A DNA stretch of 64,000 nucleotides from Felis catus (taxonomy: Eukaryota), in assembly GCF_018350175.1 (NCBI RefSeq), contig NC_058369.1:7132001-7196000 (forward strand), in the 5' to 3' direction. The notes under the pieces were generated by a model. That model made no database searches. It was given only the letters and a program-made list of their open reading frames with translations, and was not told where the DNA came from. Of the stretch, positions 14,951-27,399 are shown one piece after another. Positions within the stretch are counted from its first letter, which is position 1, and the number at the start of each line of letters is the position of its first letter. The translations under genes and the position numbers were made by a program.

Positions 14951-15151
14951 GGAGCACCTGAGTGGCTCAGTCCGTTAAACATCTGACTTCAGCTCAGATC
15001 ATGATCTCAAGGGTTGTGGGTTCAAGCCCCACATCGGGCTCACTGCTGTCAGCCGGTCAGCACAAAGCCCGCTTCAGATACTCTATTCTCCTTCTCTGTG
15101 CCCCTCCCCCACTTGCACTCTCCCCAAAATAAATATGAAAAAAGAAAAAAA
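14951..15151 (+). mobile_element. Older CanSINE, one of about 25 further older or short copies (e.g. 4957, 11913, 19228, 20815, 21687, 25306, 25695, 26939, 29773, 31088, 32188, 44266, 45563, 50094, 52048, 55497, 56803, 56984, 58584, 59264)
   Basis: Diverged tRNA-derived heads (g.cgcctgg.tggctcag) and CT/A tails. Confidence 0.85.
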
Positions 15152-15762
15152 TACCGAGTAGGCAATTTCCAGTATCTACCATGCTGGATCAAAATGAAAC
15201 TACCAATTACAAGAAAAAAATTACAAAAGAAATCACAAATACCAAAGTGTTGATATCATAATGTTCGTATACTTAGAGAACAATGAGCATTAATTAGAAA
15301 TTAAAAAAAAAAAAAAAAACACTCCTGCCTGCCTATGAAAAACACCTCAAATCCCCTTATGGGTCCAAAAGATTTTGTTATGAAGAACATTTACATCTCA
15401 GCCCAAATAAAAGTACCTCACAATTTAAGCATGGTTAGAGCTGAAAAAGTATTAGAGGAAAACTTATCACTTTAAATATTCACACCAGAAAACAGAAAGT
15501 GAAAATCAATGAGCCAGCAGTCCACTTTCAAGGTGAGTCACTGATCTGCGCTTCTAGTTAAGCTTCCTTATCCACAGTTAAGTGATGTTCATTGAAGGTA
15601 TTACCACAAGGTTTACATACACAGGTTTCTCTCAGCTGTGAGTTCTCGAGTCTTCAAACAGATAAGCAACAACTTCCTGCTTTCTTACATTCATAGGGTA
15701 TCTCCGCAATGTTAGACGGAGGATGTGAAAATGCCTTGAAGACACTCCCATATTTCTGACAT

Positions 15763-17221
15763 TTATGTATTTTCTCTGCTGTGAGTTTTCACATGTCTTC
15801 GAAAGTAGGCAGGGCACACAAAGGCTTTCCCACATTCCTTACATTCATAGGGTTTCTCTCCAGTGTGGCTTCTTACATGTCTTCGAAAGGATGAGGGACA
15901 ACTGAAGGCTTTCCCACACTCCAGACATTCAAAGGGCTTCTCTCCAGTGTGCATTCTTGCATGGACGGTAAGGTATGAAGAATGGCGAAAGGCTTTCCCA
16001 CAGTCCTTACATTCATAGGGCTTCTCCCCAGTGTGTGTTCTCATGTGGATCCTAAGGGCTGAGGGATAAATGAAGGCTTTTCCACATTTCTTACATTCAT
16101 AAGGTTTCTCTCCAGTGTGAGTTCTTATATGTACTGTAAGGTGGGAGGAACTAATAAAGGCTTTCCCACATTCCTTACATTCATAAGGCTTCTCTCCACT
16201 GTGAGTTCTTAAATGTTCCGTGAGGGATGAAGAACGGCTAAAGGCCTTCCCACATTCCTTACATTCATATTGTATCTTTCCAGTGTGATCTCTCACGTGT
16301 GCTCTGAAGGATGAGGGACAACTGAAGGCTTTTCCACATTCCTTACATTCATAGGGTTTCTCTCTACTTTGATTTTTCACGTGTGTATTCAGGGAAGTGG
16401 GAAGATAGAAGGCTTTTCCACATTCCAGACATTCATAGGGTTTCTCTCCAGTGTGTTTTCTCATGTGGATACTTAAGGAGGAGGGACAATTGTAGGCTTT
16501 CCCACATTCCTTACATTTATATGGTTTGTCTCCTGTGTGTGTTCTGACGTGGACAGTGAGTTTTGAGGACTCACTGAAGGCCTTCCCACACTCTTTACAT
16601 TCGTAAGGCTTCTCTCCAGTATGAATTCTTATGTGTATTATAAGGTGAGAGGAAGAACTAAAGGCCTTCCCACATTCCTTACATTCATATGGCTTATCTC
16701 CACTATGAATCCTCTTGTGTTTGGAGAGTGAGGAGGAACAACTAAAGGCCTTCCCACATTCCCGACATTCATAAGGCTTATCTCCACTATGAATCCTTTT
16801 GTGTTCCGTGAGGGATGAAGAACAGCTAAAGGTCTTTCCACATTCTTTACATTCATAGTTCGTCTTTCCAGTGTGAATCTTCATATGTGCCCTAAAGAAT
16901 GAAGAACAAGCGAAGGCTTTCATACACTCCTTACATTCATAGGGTTTCCCTTCCGTGGGAGTTTTCACGTGCTTCTTAAAACAAGCAAGAAAATGAAAAC
17001 CTTTCCCACATTCTTTACACTGATAGGGTTTGCTTCCGGCGTGAGACCTGATGTGATTTTTCAGGGATAAATGATCTGCGAAGGCCGTTTTACACTCGCG
17101 GCATTCATAGGACTTTACTTCAGTAGTTCTCTTCAGTATATTCAGATGTGAGATTTGGCCGAAGGTTGGTCCACGCCGATTTTCTTCACTGTGTTCATGG
17201 ACGTTCTCCACCACGGGGCTT
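15763..17221 (-). CDS. ZNF699: ZNF699 zinc-finger exon (16 C2H2 units; units 2 and 9 lack the second His)
   Basis: Uninterrupted ORF with TGEKPY linkers, acceptor ttttaaaag| and TAA at 15765-15763. Finger helices ([29 protein letters not shown]) match recalled human ZNF699. The spliced CDS is 1914 nt (637 aa). Confidence 0.95.
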
Positions 17222-17569
17222 CTTTTAAAAATAAAAAGCGCATTATTAGTGGTAAATAAATTTTTACCATTTTCAGGGATTATGTACATTTTCTGCCCCA
17301 TCAAATTACAAGTTCAAAGTTCTCCCAGAGGGCTCTACCATAGCCAATATTATCAATGAGTTGTTTTGACTTATATAATTTTTCTGATAATTGCTTACAA
17401 CTGAACTATGTGTCAAATAGTGAAGATCTCAATGTAATTTTCAAAAAAAAAAAATCTTGGAAAAATTCTTTATGAATTCACAATTTTTGACCAAGTTCTA
17501 TATACATGTTTTTTTAAGTTTTATGATATTTTAAGATCCTCTCCTCAGGCACTACTTTTTCTTACTTAC

Positions 17570-17753
17570 CTCAAATGTCTCTCATGGTTTTTGTTCTGAT
17601 AATAAATACCCCGGTATTCCCCGTTTTTGTGTAAAATGGATGACGAAGAATCATTCCTTTTGAATCTAACTATCTTCTGTTCATTGGATATTTTTTGTCC
17701 ATAAGTATCTTGTGGAGTAACTGATTCTCTAGTTTTAAGTTGAGTCTCAAAAC
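17570..17753 (-). CDS. ZNF699: ZNF699 spacer exon
   Basis: 184 bp (tttcag|GTTTT...TTGAG|gtaagt) encoding (G)FETQLKTRESVTPQDTYGQKISNEQKIVRFKRNDS...NHERHL(R). Confidence 0.9.
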
Positions 17754-18148
17754 CTGAAACAAAAAAGTAAAGGCACCTATAAGCAAAGGACTTCTGGAAG
17801 TGTGGCTGTTTCAGGACTTTGGTAATAATATGCACAATGGTCAAAATGGTATGCAACTAAGAAATAATTCTATGAAGACTAGGACTGATAGTGACACAAA
17901 TAGGGAATTATTAGGAGAACAAAACACAAAGGAACCGGATAAAGTGCACATGACCAAATACTAACTTACAAGAGGAAATACAGATCTGTCCAAGAACAAG
18001 GACACCGTGAGAATACTGATAAAAAATCAAAACAAGGAATCTGGAAGATCAGACCCCTCAAACAAAACAAAATTTTGCTCTGCTTTTATTTGATTTTTCC
18101 AAACGTAATATCCCCCCAACCAGAATAGTTTCTCCCAAGGATTCTTGC

Positions 18149-18247
18149 CTTCCTGGTGCTCCCCCTGGATAGGTCCTCTTTCCACTGTTTCCAGGTCCTC
18201 CTCTTGTTTCCACTGGGAGATCAGATACGGTGTGTGGAGTGGATACC
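18149..18247 (-). CDS. ZNF699: ZNF699 KRAB-B-like exon
   Basis: 99 bp encoding (G)YPLHTPYLISQWKQEEDLETVERGPIQGEHQE(G). Acceptor ctag|; the donor is GC type (GAAG|gcaaga) and preserves phase. Confidence 0.85.
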
Positions 18248-19746
18248 CTAGTAATGCAGAAAGGCTTATCATGAAGGAAAACAATGACAAACCATGAATA
18301 TTTCCATGACAGTCAAAATTTTGCTCTTCTGATACTCTAATTATGGGCAAGGTAAATTTAATTTCAACAAGACGTCAAAAAAGTTTTTCAAGTGGGGGCA
18401 CGGTAGGGGGGGTTGACAGTGACAGAGACAATGACACAGCCTCTGATTTCTAGAACCAATGTGACAATCATATCTAAACTTCAATATTAGAAGCTGGTCT
18501 GATACTCAGGACCCTTTGTTCTCCTATTGAATATAAAAATCTCACAGAATACCAATCTTAAACAAGGTTATGCTGAGACCATGATAAAATTAAGCAAAAC
18601 AAGGCCACTATGTAATTTAATCTAAGGGTGACCCCCCCCCCCCCGCAATACACACACACTACTCCGTAATAAAATTTCTACCTCTTTTTGTCAGCATCCA
18701 ATCTAAAGTGACCACCTGTGGACTGAACAGTGTCCCTTGAAAATTTATGTCCAAACAGATCAATGAAACAGAGAGCCCAGAAATAGACCTACATAAACAC
18801 AGTCAGCTGATCTTTGACAAAGGAGCAAAGGTAATAGAGAAGATAGTCTTTTCAACAAAGACTGAAACAACTAGACCCCAACATGGAAAAAAATTAACCT
18901 AGACACAGACTTTTATACTTTTCACAAAAATCAACTCAAAAAGGGATCACATGGATCAAAGACCTAAATGTAAAGTGCAAAACTATGAAATATCTGGAAG
19001 AAAACATAGGAGAAAATCTAGATGACCTAGGGTCTGGAGATGACTTCTTAGATACAACACCAAAGGCATGACCCATAAGAGAAATTCACAAGCTGGACTA
19101 CATTAAAATTAAAAAAGTATTGCTCTGCAAAAGACACTGGCAAGAGAATGAAAAGATAAGCCACAGACTGGGAGAAAACATCTAGAAAAGACACATCTGA
19201 TAAAGGACTGTTATCCAAAATAAATAATTTTTTTAAAGTTTATTTATTTAAGTAATCTCTACACCCATGTGGGACTCAAACTCACAACCCCGAGATCAAG
19301 AGCCACATGCTCTACTAAGCCAGCCAGGCACCCCCATAAACAAAGAACTCTTAAAATTCAACAATAAGAAAACAAACAACCTGAGTAAAAAGCGGGCCAA
19401 AGACCTCAACAGACACCTCACCAAAGAAGAGATACAGATGACAAATAAACATGAAAATATAGTTCAAAATGTCATCAGGAAAACACAAATTGAAACAATG
19501 AGATACTACCACACGCTTATGAGAACAGCTAATATCCAGAACACTGACACCAACAAACGCTGGCAAGGAACTCTCATTTGTTGCTGGAGGGAATGCAAAT
19601 AGCGACACCCTCTTTGGAAGATAGTATGATAGGGCAATTTACCCAAAGGAGATGAAAACATGTCCACACAAAAACCTGCACACACAGGTTTACTGCAGCT
19701 TTAGTCAAAACTGCCCAAGCATCGAAACAATTAAGATGTCCTTCAT

Positions 19747-19986
19747 GGGGCTCCTGGGTTGCTCAGTCGGTTGAGCATCCGACTTCGGCTCAGGTCATGA
19801 TCTCACAGTTCCTGAGTTCGAGCCCCGCGTCGGGCTCTGTGCTGACAGCTTGGAGCCTGGAGCCTGCTTCCGATTCTGTGTCTCCCTCTCTCTGCCCCTT
19901 CCCCACTCATGCTCTGTCTTCTCTGTTTCTCAAAGATGAATAAACGTTAAAAAATAATAATAATAATAAAATAAAAAAATAAAAAA
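19747..19986 (+). mobile_element. CanSINE
   Basis: tRNA-derived head; TSD AAGATGTC(C/A)TTCA. Confidence 0.9.
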
Positions 19987-20273
19987 GATGTCATTCAGTG
20001 GGTGAATGGATAACTAAAACTGTGGTACATCCAGACAATGAAATATCATTCAGAACCAAAAAGAAATGAACTATCAAGCCACAAAAAGACATGGAAGAAT
20101 CATAAATGCATATTACTAAGTGAAAGAAGCCATGGGAAAACCAATACGATTTGGTCCATATGATTCCAACTACGTGACATTCTGGAAAAGCCAAAACTAT
20201 GAAGACAGTAAAAAGGTCAGTGGCTGCCACAGGTTAGAGGGGAAGAAGAGATGAACTGACAAAGCAAAGAGAA

Positions 20274-20494
20274 TTTTAAATTTTTTTTTTTCAACGTTTA
20301 TTTATTTTTGGGACAGAGAGAGACAGAGCATGAATGGGGGAGGGGCAGAGAGAGAGGGAGACACAGAATCCGAAACAGGCTCCAGGCTCTGAGCCATCAG
20401 CCCAGAGCCCGACGCGGGGCTCAAACTCACGGACCGCGAGATCGTGACCTGGCTGAAGTCGGACGCTCAACCGACTGCGCCACCCAGGCGCCCC
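20274..20494 (-). mobile_element. Young felid CanSINE
   Basis: Near-identical to the 3039 copy, on the minus strand; TSD agaattttaa. Confidence 0.95.
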
Positions 20495-21210
20495 AAGAAT
20501 TTTAAGGCAGTTAAACCACTCTGTATGATACTATAATGATTGATATATATACCATTACGTATTTGTCCAAACCACATAATGTATAACACCAAGAGTGAAT
20601 CCTAATGTAAACTATGGATGCAGGGTGATGATGATGTGTCAATTCAGGTTTATCAGTTGTAACAAACGTACCACTCTGGTAGATGTTGATAGCAGAAGAC
20701 ACACTGTACCTGTACAGGGGCAGGGCATATATGAGAAATCTCTGCATCTACTGCTCCATTCTGCTGTGAATCTACAACTGCTCTAAAAAAAAAGTGTCTT
20801 AAAACAAAATGTCAGGGATGCCTGGGTGGCTCAGTCGGTTAAGTGACTCTTGATTTCAGCTCAGGTCATGATCCCAGCCAGGGTCATGGGATCAGGCCCC
20901 TAGTCAGGCTCCTCGCTGAGCATGGAGCCTGCTTAAGATTTTCTCTCCCTCTCCCCACCCTCTCCCTCTCCCTCTCCCCCCCCCTTCCTCTCCCCCACTA
21001 GCGTGTGTTCTGTCTAAAATTTAAAAAAAAAAGTCATGTTCACTTGAAACCTCAGAATGTTACTTTGGAAATAGGGTCTTTGTAGATATAATCAAGTAAA
21101 AATGAAGTTACACTGGATTGAAGTCGGTCTTCAATCCATTGACTAGTGTCCTTATAAGGATTAACATAAAAAGGGAAAAAGGCCATGTGAAGATAAAGGC
21201 AAAGATTAGA

Positions 21211-21642
21211 GGGGCGCCTGGGTTGCTCAGTCGATTGAATGTCCGACTTTGGCTCAGGTCATGATCTCACAGTTCATGAGTTCGAGCCCCACATCGGGCT
21301 CTCTGCTGTCAGCACAAAGCCTGCTTTGGACCCTATTTCCCTCTTTCCCTCTGCACCTCCCCAGCTCCTGCTCTGTCTCTCTCTTAAAAATTAATAAACA
21401 TTCGGGGCGCCTGGGTGGCGCAGTCGGTTGAGCGTCCGACTTCAGCCAGGTCACGATTTCGCGGTCCGTGAGTTCGAGCCCCGCGTCGGGCTCTGGGCTG
21501 ATGGCTCAGAGCCTGGAGCCTGCTTCCGATTCTGTGTCTCCCTCTCTCTCTGCCCCTCCCCCATTCATGCTCTGTCTCTCTCTGTCCCAAAAATAAATAA
21601 ACGTTGAAAAAAAAATTTATTAAAAAAAAAAAATTAATAAAC
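21211..21642 (+). mobile_element. CanSINE with a young CanSINE (from 21404) nested in its tail
   Basis: Two heads; aaaaattaataaacatt is duplicated around the inner copy. Confidence 0.9.
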
Positions 21643-22452
21643 ATTTTCTTTTAAAAAAGGCAAAGATTAGAATGAGAGAGCTGCATGGGGCACCTGGCTG
21701 GCTCAGTTGGTGGAGCATGCAACTTTTGATCGTGGGGTTGTGGGTCTGAGCCCCACATTGGGTAGAGAGATTATTTAAAAAGAAAATCTTAAAAAAAAAA
21801 AAAGAGAATGATATGCTGTGTACCAAGAAACACCCAGGATTGCTGGCAACCACCAGAAGCTGGGAAGAGACAGGAGAAATTTTCCCATAGAGCCTTCAAA
21901 AGGAGTCTGGCCTTATACTTCCAGTGTCCAGAAATACGAAATAAGTCTCTGCTGTTTTTAGCCACAGTTTGTGGTACTTTGTTATGAAAGGCCTAGGAAA
22001 CTAATACAGCCAGCTTCCACAGGCCCATCCCCAAATCACTCAACCAAAGCACAAACCCTATAATATGTACTTTTAACACCTTTCTGAGACATACCACAGC
22101 TCCCCAGGTCACTGAGTAATAAACCCCACCTGTTTACAGGTTATGTTCCTGGTAGTCTCTGAGTAAAGAACACTGACATCAGTAAAATTATCCTAAGGAC
22201 CGAAACCACAAACCTCCCTAAGACCCAAAGGGATGCCCGAAGTCTATGCCCACACTTTCAACACGTAATAAGCATCAACGCTTTTAACCACAAGACAAAG
22301 ACAGTTCACTACACAGATGTTTATTTTCATGATGAAACCACTAGACACAGTAAGTTCCTTGGGGTCAGTGAGTGTCTGTCGTATTTACCACTATATTCTA
22401 ATTCCTCAGTCCAAATCCTAGAACAAGGTCAATTAGTAAAATTGTTTTCTCA

Positions 22453-22611
<159 letters not shown>

Positions 22612-23204
22612 CTAAAACACACCACGCATATTCTCTTCAGGAAGGTACCAACTCTCCCCATATATGCAGAACTGATGAGGTTGATAATACTGGGGAACTG
22701 AGAACTAACTAACTCATAGTAAGTTCTGAAGATACTATGGTCTCCTGACATCTACCCCAGAATGCAGTCATCAGATCTTTTGCTCTCCCCGTAACTCTCT
22801 TCCTAACTGATCCAATCCTGTCTCCCGCATCTAACTACACGTCTAAAATGTTAAATTTATCTCTTCCACAGTTTGATGGTGACCAATTCCAGTCTTATAA
22901 GAATCCAGAACAGTCCAGAGCATATGGCTGAAATGAGAGAAATGCTCTAGAAATGAAATAAATTCCACATTGACACCAGCAGTTACTTGTTACAGAAACA
23001 ATTTCACCTGCTTCCTTCTTTCCCACCATAGCACTGAGCACAAGATGAAACACTGGGTCATATCGGAATGAGGTTTAAATGCATAAAAACACACCGAGGA
23101 ACAGAGAGCTCTTCTTTTTTTCACTAACCTGAGACCCAGGGGACTGCAGAAATACAACTTTCATCTCAGGCCCACAGCTAGCCATATTTTCTTGTCCTCT
23201 AGGC

Positions 23205-23420
23205 CAGGGGTCAGCAAACTACAGCACATGGGCTAAATCCAGCCTACTACTTGCTTGTGTAAATAAAGTTTTACTGGACCACAATAAAACATTTGTTTAA
23301 GCACCGTCTGGGGCTGCTTTAGGCTAAGTTGGCAGTTCAATTGCAATAGAGACTCTATAGCCTTCAGAGCCTAAAATACTTACTATGTGGTCCAACAGAG
23401 AAGCAGACTGCTGACCACTG
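23205..23420. mobile_element. MER58-like hAT-Charlie MITE
   Basis: Terminal inverted repeats caggggtcagcaaac ... ctgctgaccactg. Confidence 0.7.
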
Positions 23421-23493
23421 CTCCACACAATTAGGAGGTCAACGACCTGGAGGAATGGAAAATTCTTTTGGCGAATTATTAGCCCCTACTTAC

Positions 23494-23538
23494 CTGTGTC
23501 ATATTTTTCTGCAACTCAGCAGCTCTTTCTTCTTTCAT
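23494..23538 (-). CDS. ZNF699: ZNF699 first coding exon (MKEERAAELQKNMTQ)
   Basis: ATG at 23538-23536 and donor CAG|gtaagt at 23494. Resembles the recalled human N-terminus MEEERKTAELQKNRIQ and is in phase with the KRAB-A exon. Confidence 0.85.
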
Positions 23539-24087
23539 GTTCCCTTCATGAAGAAAGCCAGAGTACTGAGAAGTTAGAGCTGAAGCAAGGGAAAGAAGAC
23601 ACGAGAATCCAGATCTCCCCACAACTCACGAGGCGAGATGCTACGGCAGGTCCGTTACGAGGGACCACGCCCCTCAAAACAAACGCACACACGCACAGCC
23701 CCAAGACACCCAACCAAACACACACTGATCTGCTAAGAAGGTGAAGTAATCTTATCTCCTCTAGAGCTAGAAACCATTGCTGTGGTCCGTGTTGATCATT
23801 AAAAAAAAAAAAAAAAAAGGTTAAACATCCCATTTTGTAAGTTAACTGAAATTTTTAAAAGTTTAGCTGTCAATTTTCCCATGATAATGAAAAGCAAAAC
23901 CTATGACACGATGCCTTCAACCATAAAAATACACACGGTGTCAAATCCAAAACAGCACTTATATATCCAACTTCTGGGGGCTCCACTCCCCACATTTCTT
24001 CTGCACTCCTGGCAGGCTAACAGGCATTGCTTCCCAGCCTGACCACCGAATCCTCCCTCCAGGGGCTGCAGGGTCTCTGAAACTTGG

Positions 24088-24315
24088 TTTTTTTTTTTTT
24101 TTTTTTTTTTTTCAACGTTTATTTATTTTTGGGACAGAGAGAGACAGAGCATGAACGGGGGAGGGGCAGAGAGAGAGGGAGACACAGAATCGGAAACAGG
24201 CTCCAGGCTCTGAGCCATCAGCCCAGAGCCTGACGCGGGGCTCGAACTCCCGGACCGCGAGATCGTGACCTGGCTGAAGTCGGACGCTTAACCGACTGCG
24301 CCACCCAGGCGCCCC
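24088..24315 (-). mobile_element. Young felid CanSINE
   Basis: TSD TGAAACTTGGTTTTT and a pure T tail. Confidence 0.95.
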
Positions 24316-26100
24316 TGAAACTTGGTTTTTGAGAAAGAGCATCAACCGACTCAATTCCACGTGTCGGAGGCAGTGAAGACTGCCATGCTTGACTCTCTTG
24401 CTAAAGTTTGCCTGTACAGAGGACGGCAGCGGCAGGGGAAGAGCACCTCAAGTTAGCAAACTATGTCATCTCCGATGGCGTTCTCTGCAGCTGTTACGCA
24501 AACTTAAAATAACAAAAACACAACCGTTTTGTCCGTGCAGTGGATCCAGCAGTATGTTTTAAATCTAGTAAAAACTGCAACATCTTTACTACATTAGTAA
24601 TGTGCCATTTGAGCAACCATGATGTGAGGATGACTTTGCCAAGGCCTTTCCTCTCAGAGAAGCTCTGCAAACCAGATATTACAACTAGTTTAGAGTTGAG
24701 AAATCCTAGCATCGATTAACCACATACTCAATGCTACTCAGTCAGAAAGGGCGTATATACTACATATACAGGCGTGTGAATGCAGGCCTATTTTCCTTCA
24801 GAGCCTAAAATCCCAATGGGCGTATTTCTGAACACAGACCTTACAATTTAGTTGTTAATGAGGCTGTCATTACTAACATTACCAGAGTCTGGCCTGGAAC
24901 CCTGCTGTGCATTCTGGAGAGTACACAAACGAAGTATTCTATCTACTGAAATGTTTTATCTTCGTGAGCTCCTTCTCTTGACTAAGCCTCCTGTCTTGAG
25001 CAAGGACACTTCCCTTAAGGCCCTTACCTCTTGCTTCTTTATTTCATATTTACTTAGGTAATATTTACCCTGATCCCACTACATACAGTCACAGGGGATA
25101 TAGCACTAAACAGAACAGAAAAGTCCTGAAGCACAGGGATGTTATAATCTTTTAAAGGAGGGGAATAAACAGAGAAACATATCAGGATACATATTAATGT
25201 AGCCAGCACAGTATAGGGATAGAGAGGCACACACATATTTATCTTTAGTGAGTCAGGACTACTTTTGTGGCAGGGAAGAAGTAGAAAATTAAAAGAAGTG
25301 TTTCAGGTGCACCTGGGTGGCTCAGTGGGTTAAGCTTGCAACTCTTAATTTTGGCTCAGGTCATGATCTCACAGTTGTGAGATCAAGCCTCACATGCGGG
25401 CTCGACACTAAGCGTGGAGCAGGCTTAGGATTCTCTTTCTCCCTTTCTGCCCCTCTCGCTCATGTTCGCTCTCTCTAAATAAATAAACATAAAAAAAAAA
25501 AAAAGTGTTTCAGAGAACACTGGAAATCCACAGCTGGTGTGATTTATATATTTATAAATATCATCAACTCCAGACGAAAAAAAATCAGTAATGGTGGGCT
25601 AACGATTAATGTAAAGGTTGGAAAAAGAACAGCACAAACGTTCAGAAAAATGAAAATAAGACAAAATTAATATTTTTTAAAATTAATAAAAAGAGGGGCG
25701 CCTGGGTGGCTCAGTCAGTTAAGTGTCCAACTTCAGCTCAGGTCATGATCTCAGGGTCCGTGAGCTCAAGCCCCATGTCAGACTCTGTGCTGACAACTCG
25801 GAGCCTGGAGCCTGCTTCAGATTCTGTGTCTCCCTCTCTCTGCCCCTCCCCCACTCACTCTCTGTGTCTCAAAAATAAATAAATGCTAAAAAAATTTTTT
25901 TAAATAAAAAGAACAAAAACTAAAAATGTGCCCTTTGAAAACTAATGAAATCAACATACCTTTAGCAATTTTAATAGAATTATGAATGGGTCACAACCAC
26001 AGATATTGCAGGGAGAATATAACCCAAATATTAAGGAAACATATGAAAATGTAAGACATGAATGAATTTCTAAAAGAAGTATAACTTTCTGGCGACATTC

Positions 26101-26321
26101 TTTTTTTTTTTTTTTAAACGTTTATTTATTAATGAGAGACAGAGATACAGAGCATGAGCAGGGGAGGGGTAGAGAGATGGGGAGACACAGAATCTGAAGT
26201 AGGCTCCAGGCTCCAAGCTGTCAGCACAGAGCCCGCGACGCGGGGCTCAAACTCACGAACTGGGAGATCATGACCTGAGCGGAGGTTGGTCACCCAACCA
26301 ACTGAGCCACCCAGGCGCCCC
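26101..26321 (-). mobile_element. CanSINE
   Basis: TSD tttctggc(g/a)acattc. Confidence 0.9.
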
Positions 26322-27399
26322 TTTCTGGCAACATTCTAAAATAAATACAAAACTTGATTACAACCAGCCCTTAATTAAACAAAACAGTAGTTTAAAACAT
26401 GCCCACAAAGGAAATATAAATTACAAATTGTTTCACAGGCAAGCTCACCAAGTAAGTAAAGGGTTCCTAATTCCATTGCAGGGGTGGAAAATACGATTTT
26501 CCTGAATGTTTCCAAGACCAGAAAAGTACAACTCAAAATAAAATAGGCAAGATCTCATTCATACATATGAATGCAAGGTAATATAAAAATATTAGTGCAG
26601 TCAAGAAATGAATAGTGGTTAAAAACTGAATCTTCAATTAATATAATCATCACATTAACAGAAAACCATGACTATTCCTCTTAGATACAAAATAGTCACT
26701 GATCTCTATGAATATCCATTGGTGATAATTTAACCCACCAAAATTAGAGAACAGCTTTAGTTGGAAAAAAATAATTATTATCTACAAACATCTACAGCAA
26801 ACATCCTATTTAACTGCTGAAATGATAGAATAACTCTGGGATCAGGAACAAGGCAAGGATGCAAATTATACACTATTCTAGTACTGTCTGTCTACCGTAG
26901 TGGAAGTCCTAGCAAATACCCTAAAGAAATAAAAGGAAGGGGCGCCTGGGTGGCTCAGTCGGTTAAGCCACTGGCTCTAGATTTCCGCTGAGGTCATGAT
27001 CTCAGGGATGGGGAGATCCAGATCCGGCCCCTACGTTGAGAGCAAAGAGTCTGCTTGGGATATTCTCTCTGTCTCTCTCTCTCTCTGCCCCTCACCTGTT
27101 CGTGCTTTCTCTCTCAAACAAATAAACATTAAAAAGAAGGAAAGAAAGAAAGAAAAAGGAATGCAAGGTACAAGAATAAAAGAGAAATGCTGAGAATGGC
27201 ACAAGACCGCACTCTCGGTATGAAATTCAAAACAATCTACAGATAAATGATTAAAATGTATAGCTGCATTCCACGAGGGAGGGGTAACAGGGATAGTAAG
27301 TAATCAGTTCACATTTATGTACCTGGATATAATGTATCAAATTGATGCCCACAGGCAAGGTAAAGTTCACCGATCAAATATCTCCTGCCCCAGGAGGGG

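Larger units (their letters stand above)
18753..20800 (+). mobile_element. L1MC-like 3' fragment in a ZNF699 intron, carrying several SINEs
   Basis: ORF2 C-terminal remnants and an L1MC-type 3'UTR (gtgaatcctaatgtaaactatgg ... ctgctctaaaaaaaaa). Confidence 0.75.
18717..22008 (+). mobile_element. MLT1 (MaLR) LTR split by L1 and SINEs
   Basis: Start tgtggactgaa..., resuming at about 21033 (ggaaatagggtctttgtagatataatcaag) and ending ggaaactaataca. Confidence 0.7.

Noticed and set aside
17222..17304. N-terminal MMGQK...FIFK of the 513-aa ORF
   Set aside because: Intronic read-through upstream of the splice acceptor at 17222-17223; not the real start.
24361..24411. Candidate upstream coding exon of ZNF699 (MAVFTASDT)
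   Set aside because: Only a weak donor, and it is out of phase with either acceptor of the next exon.
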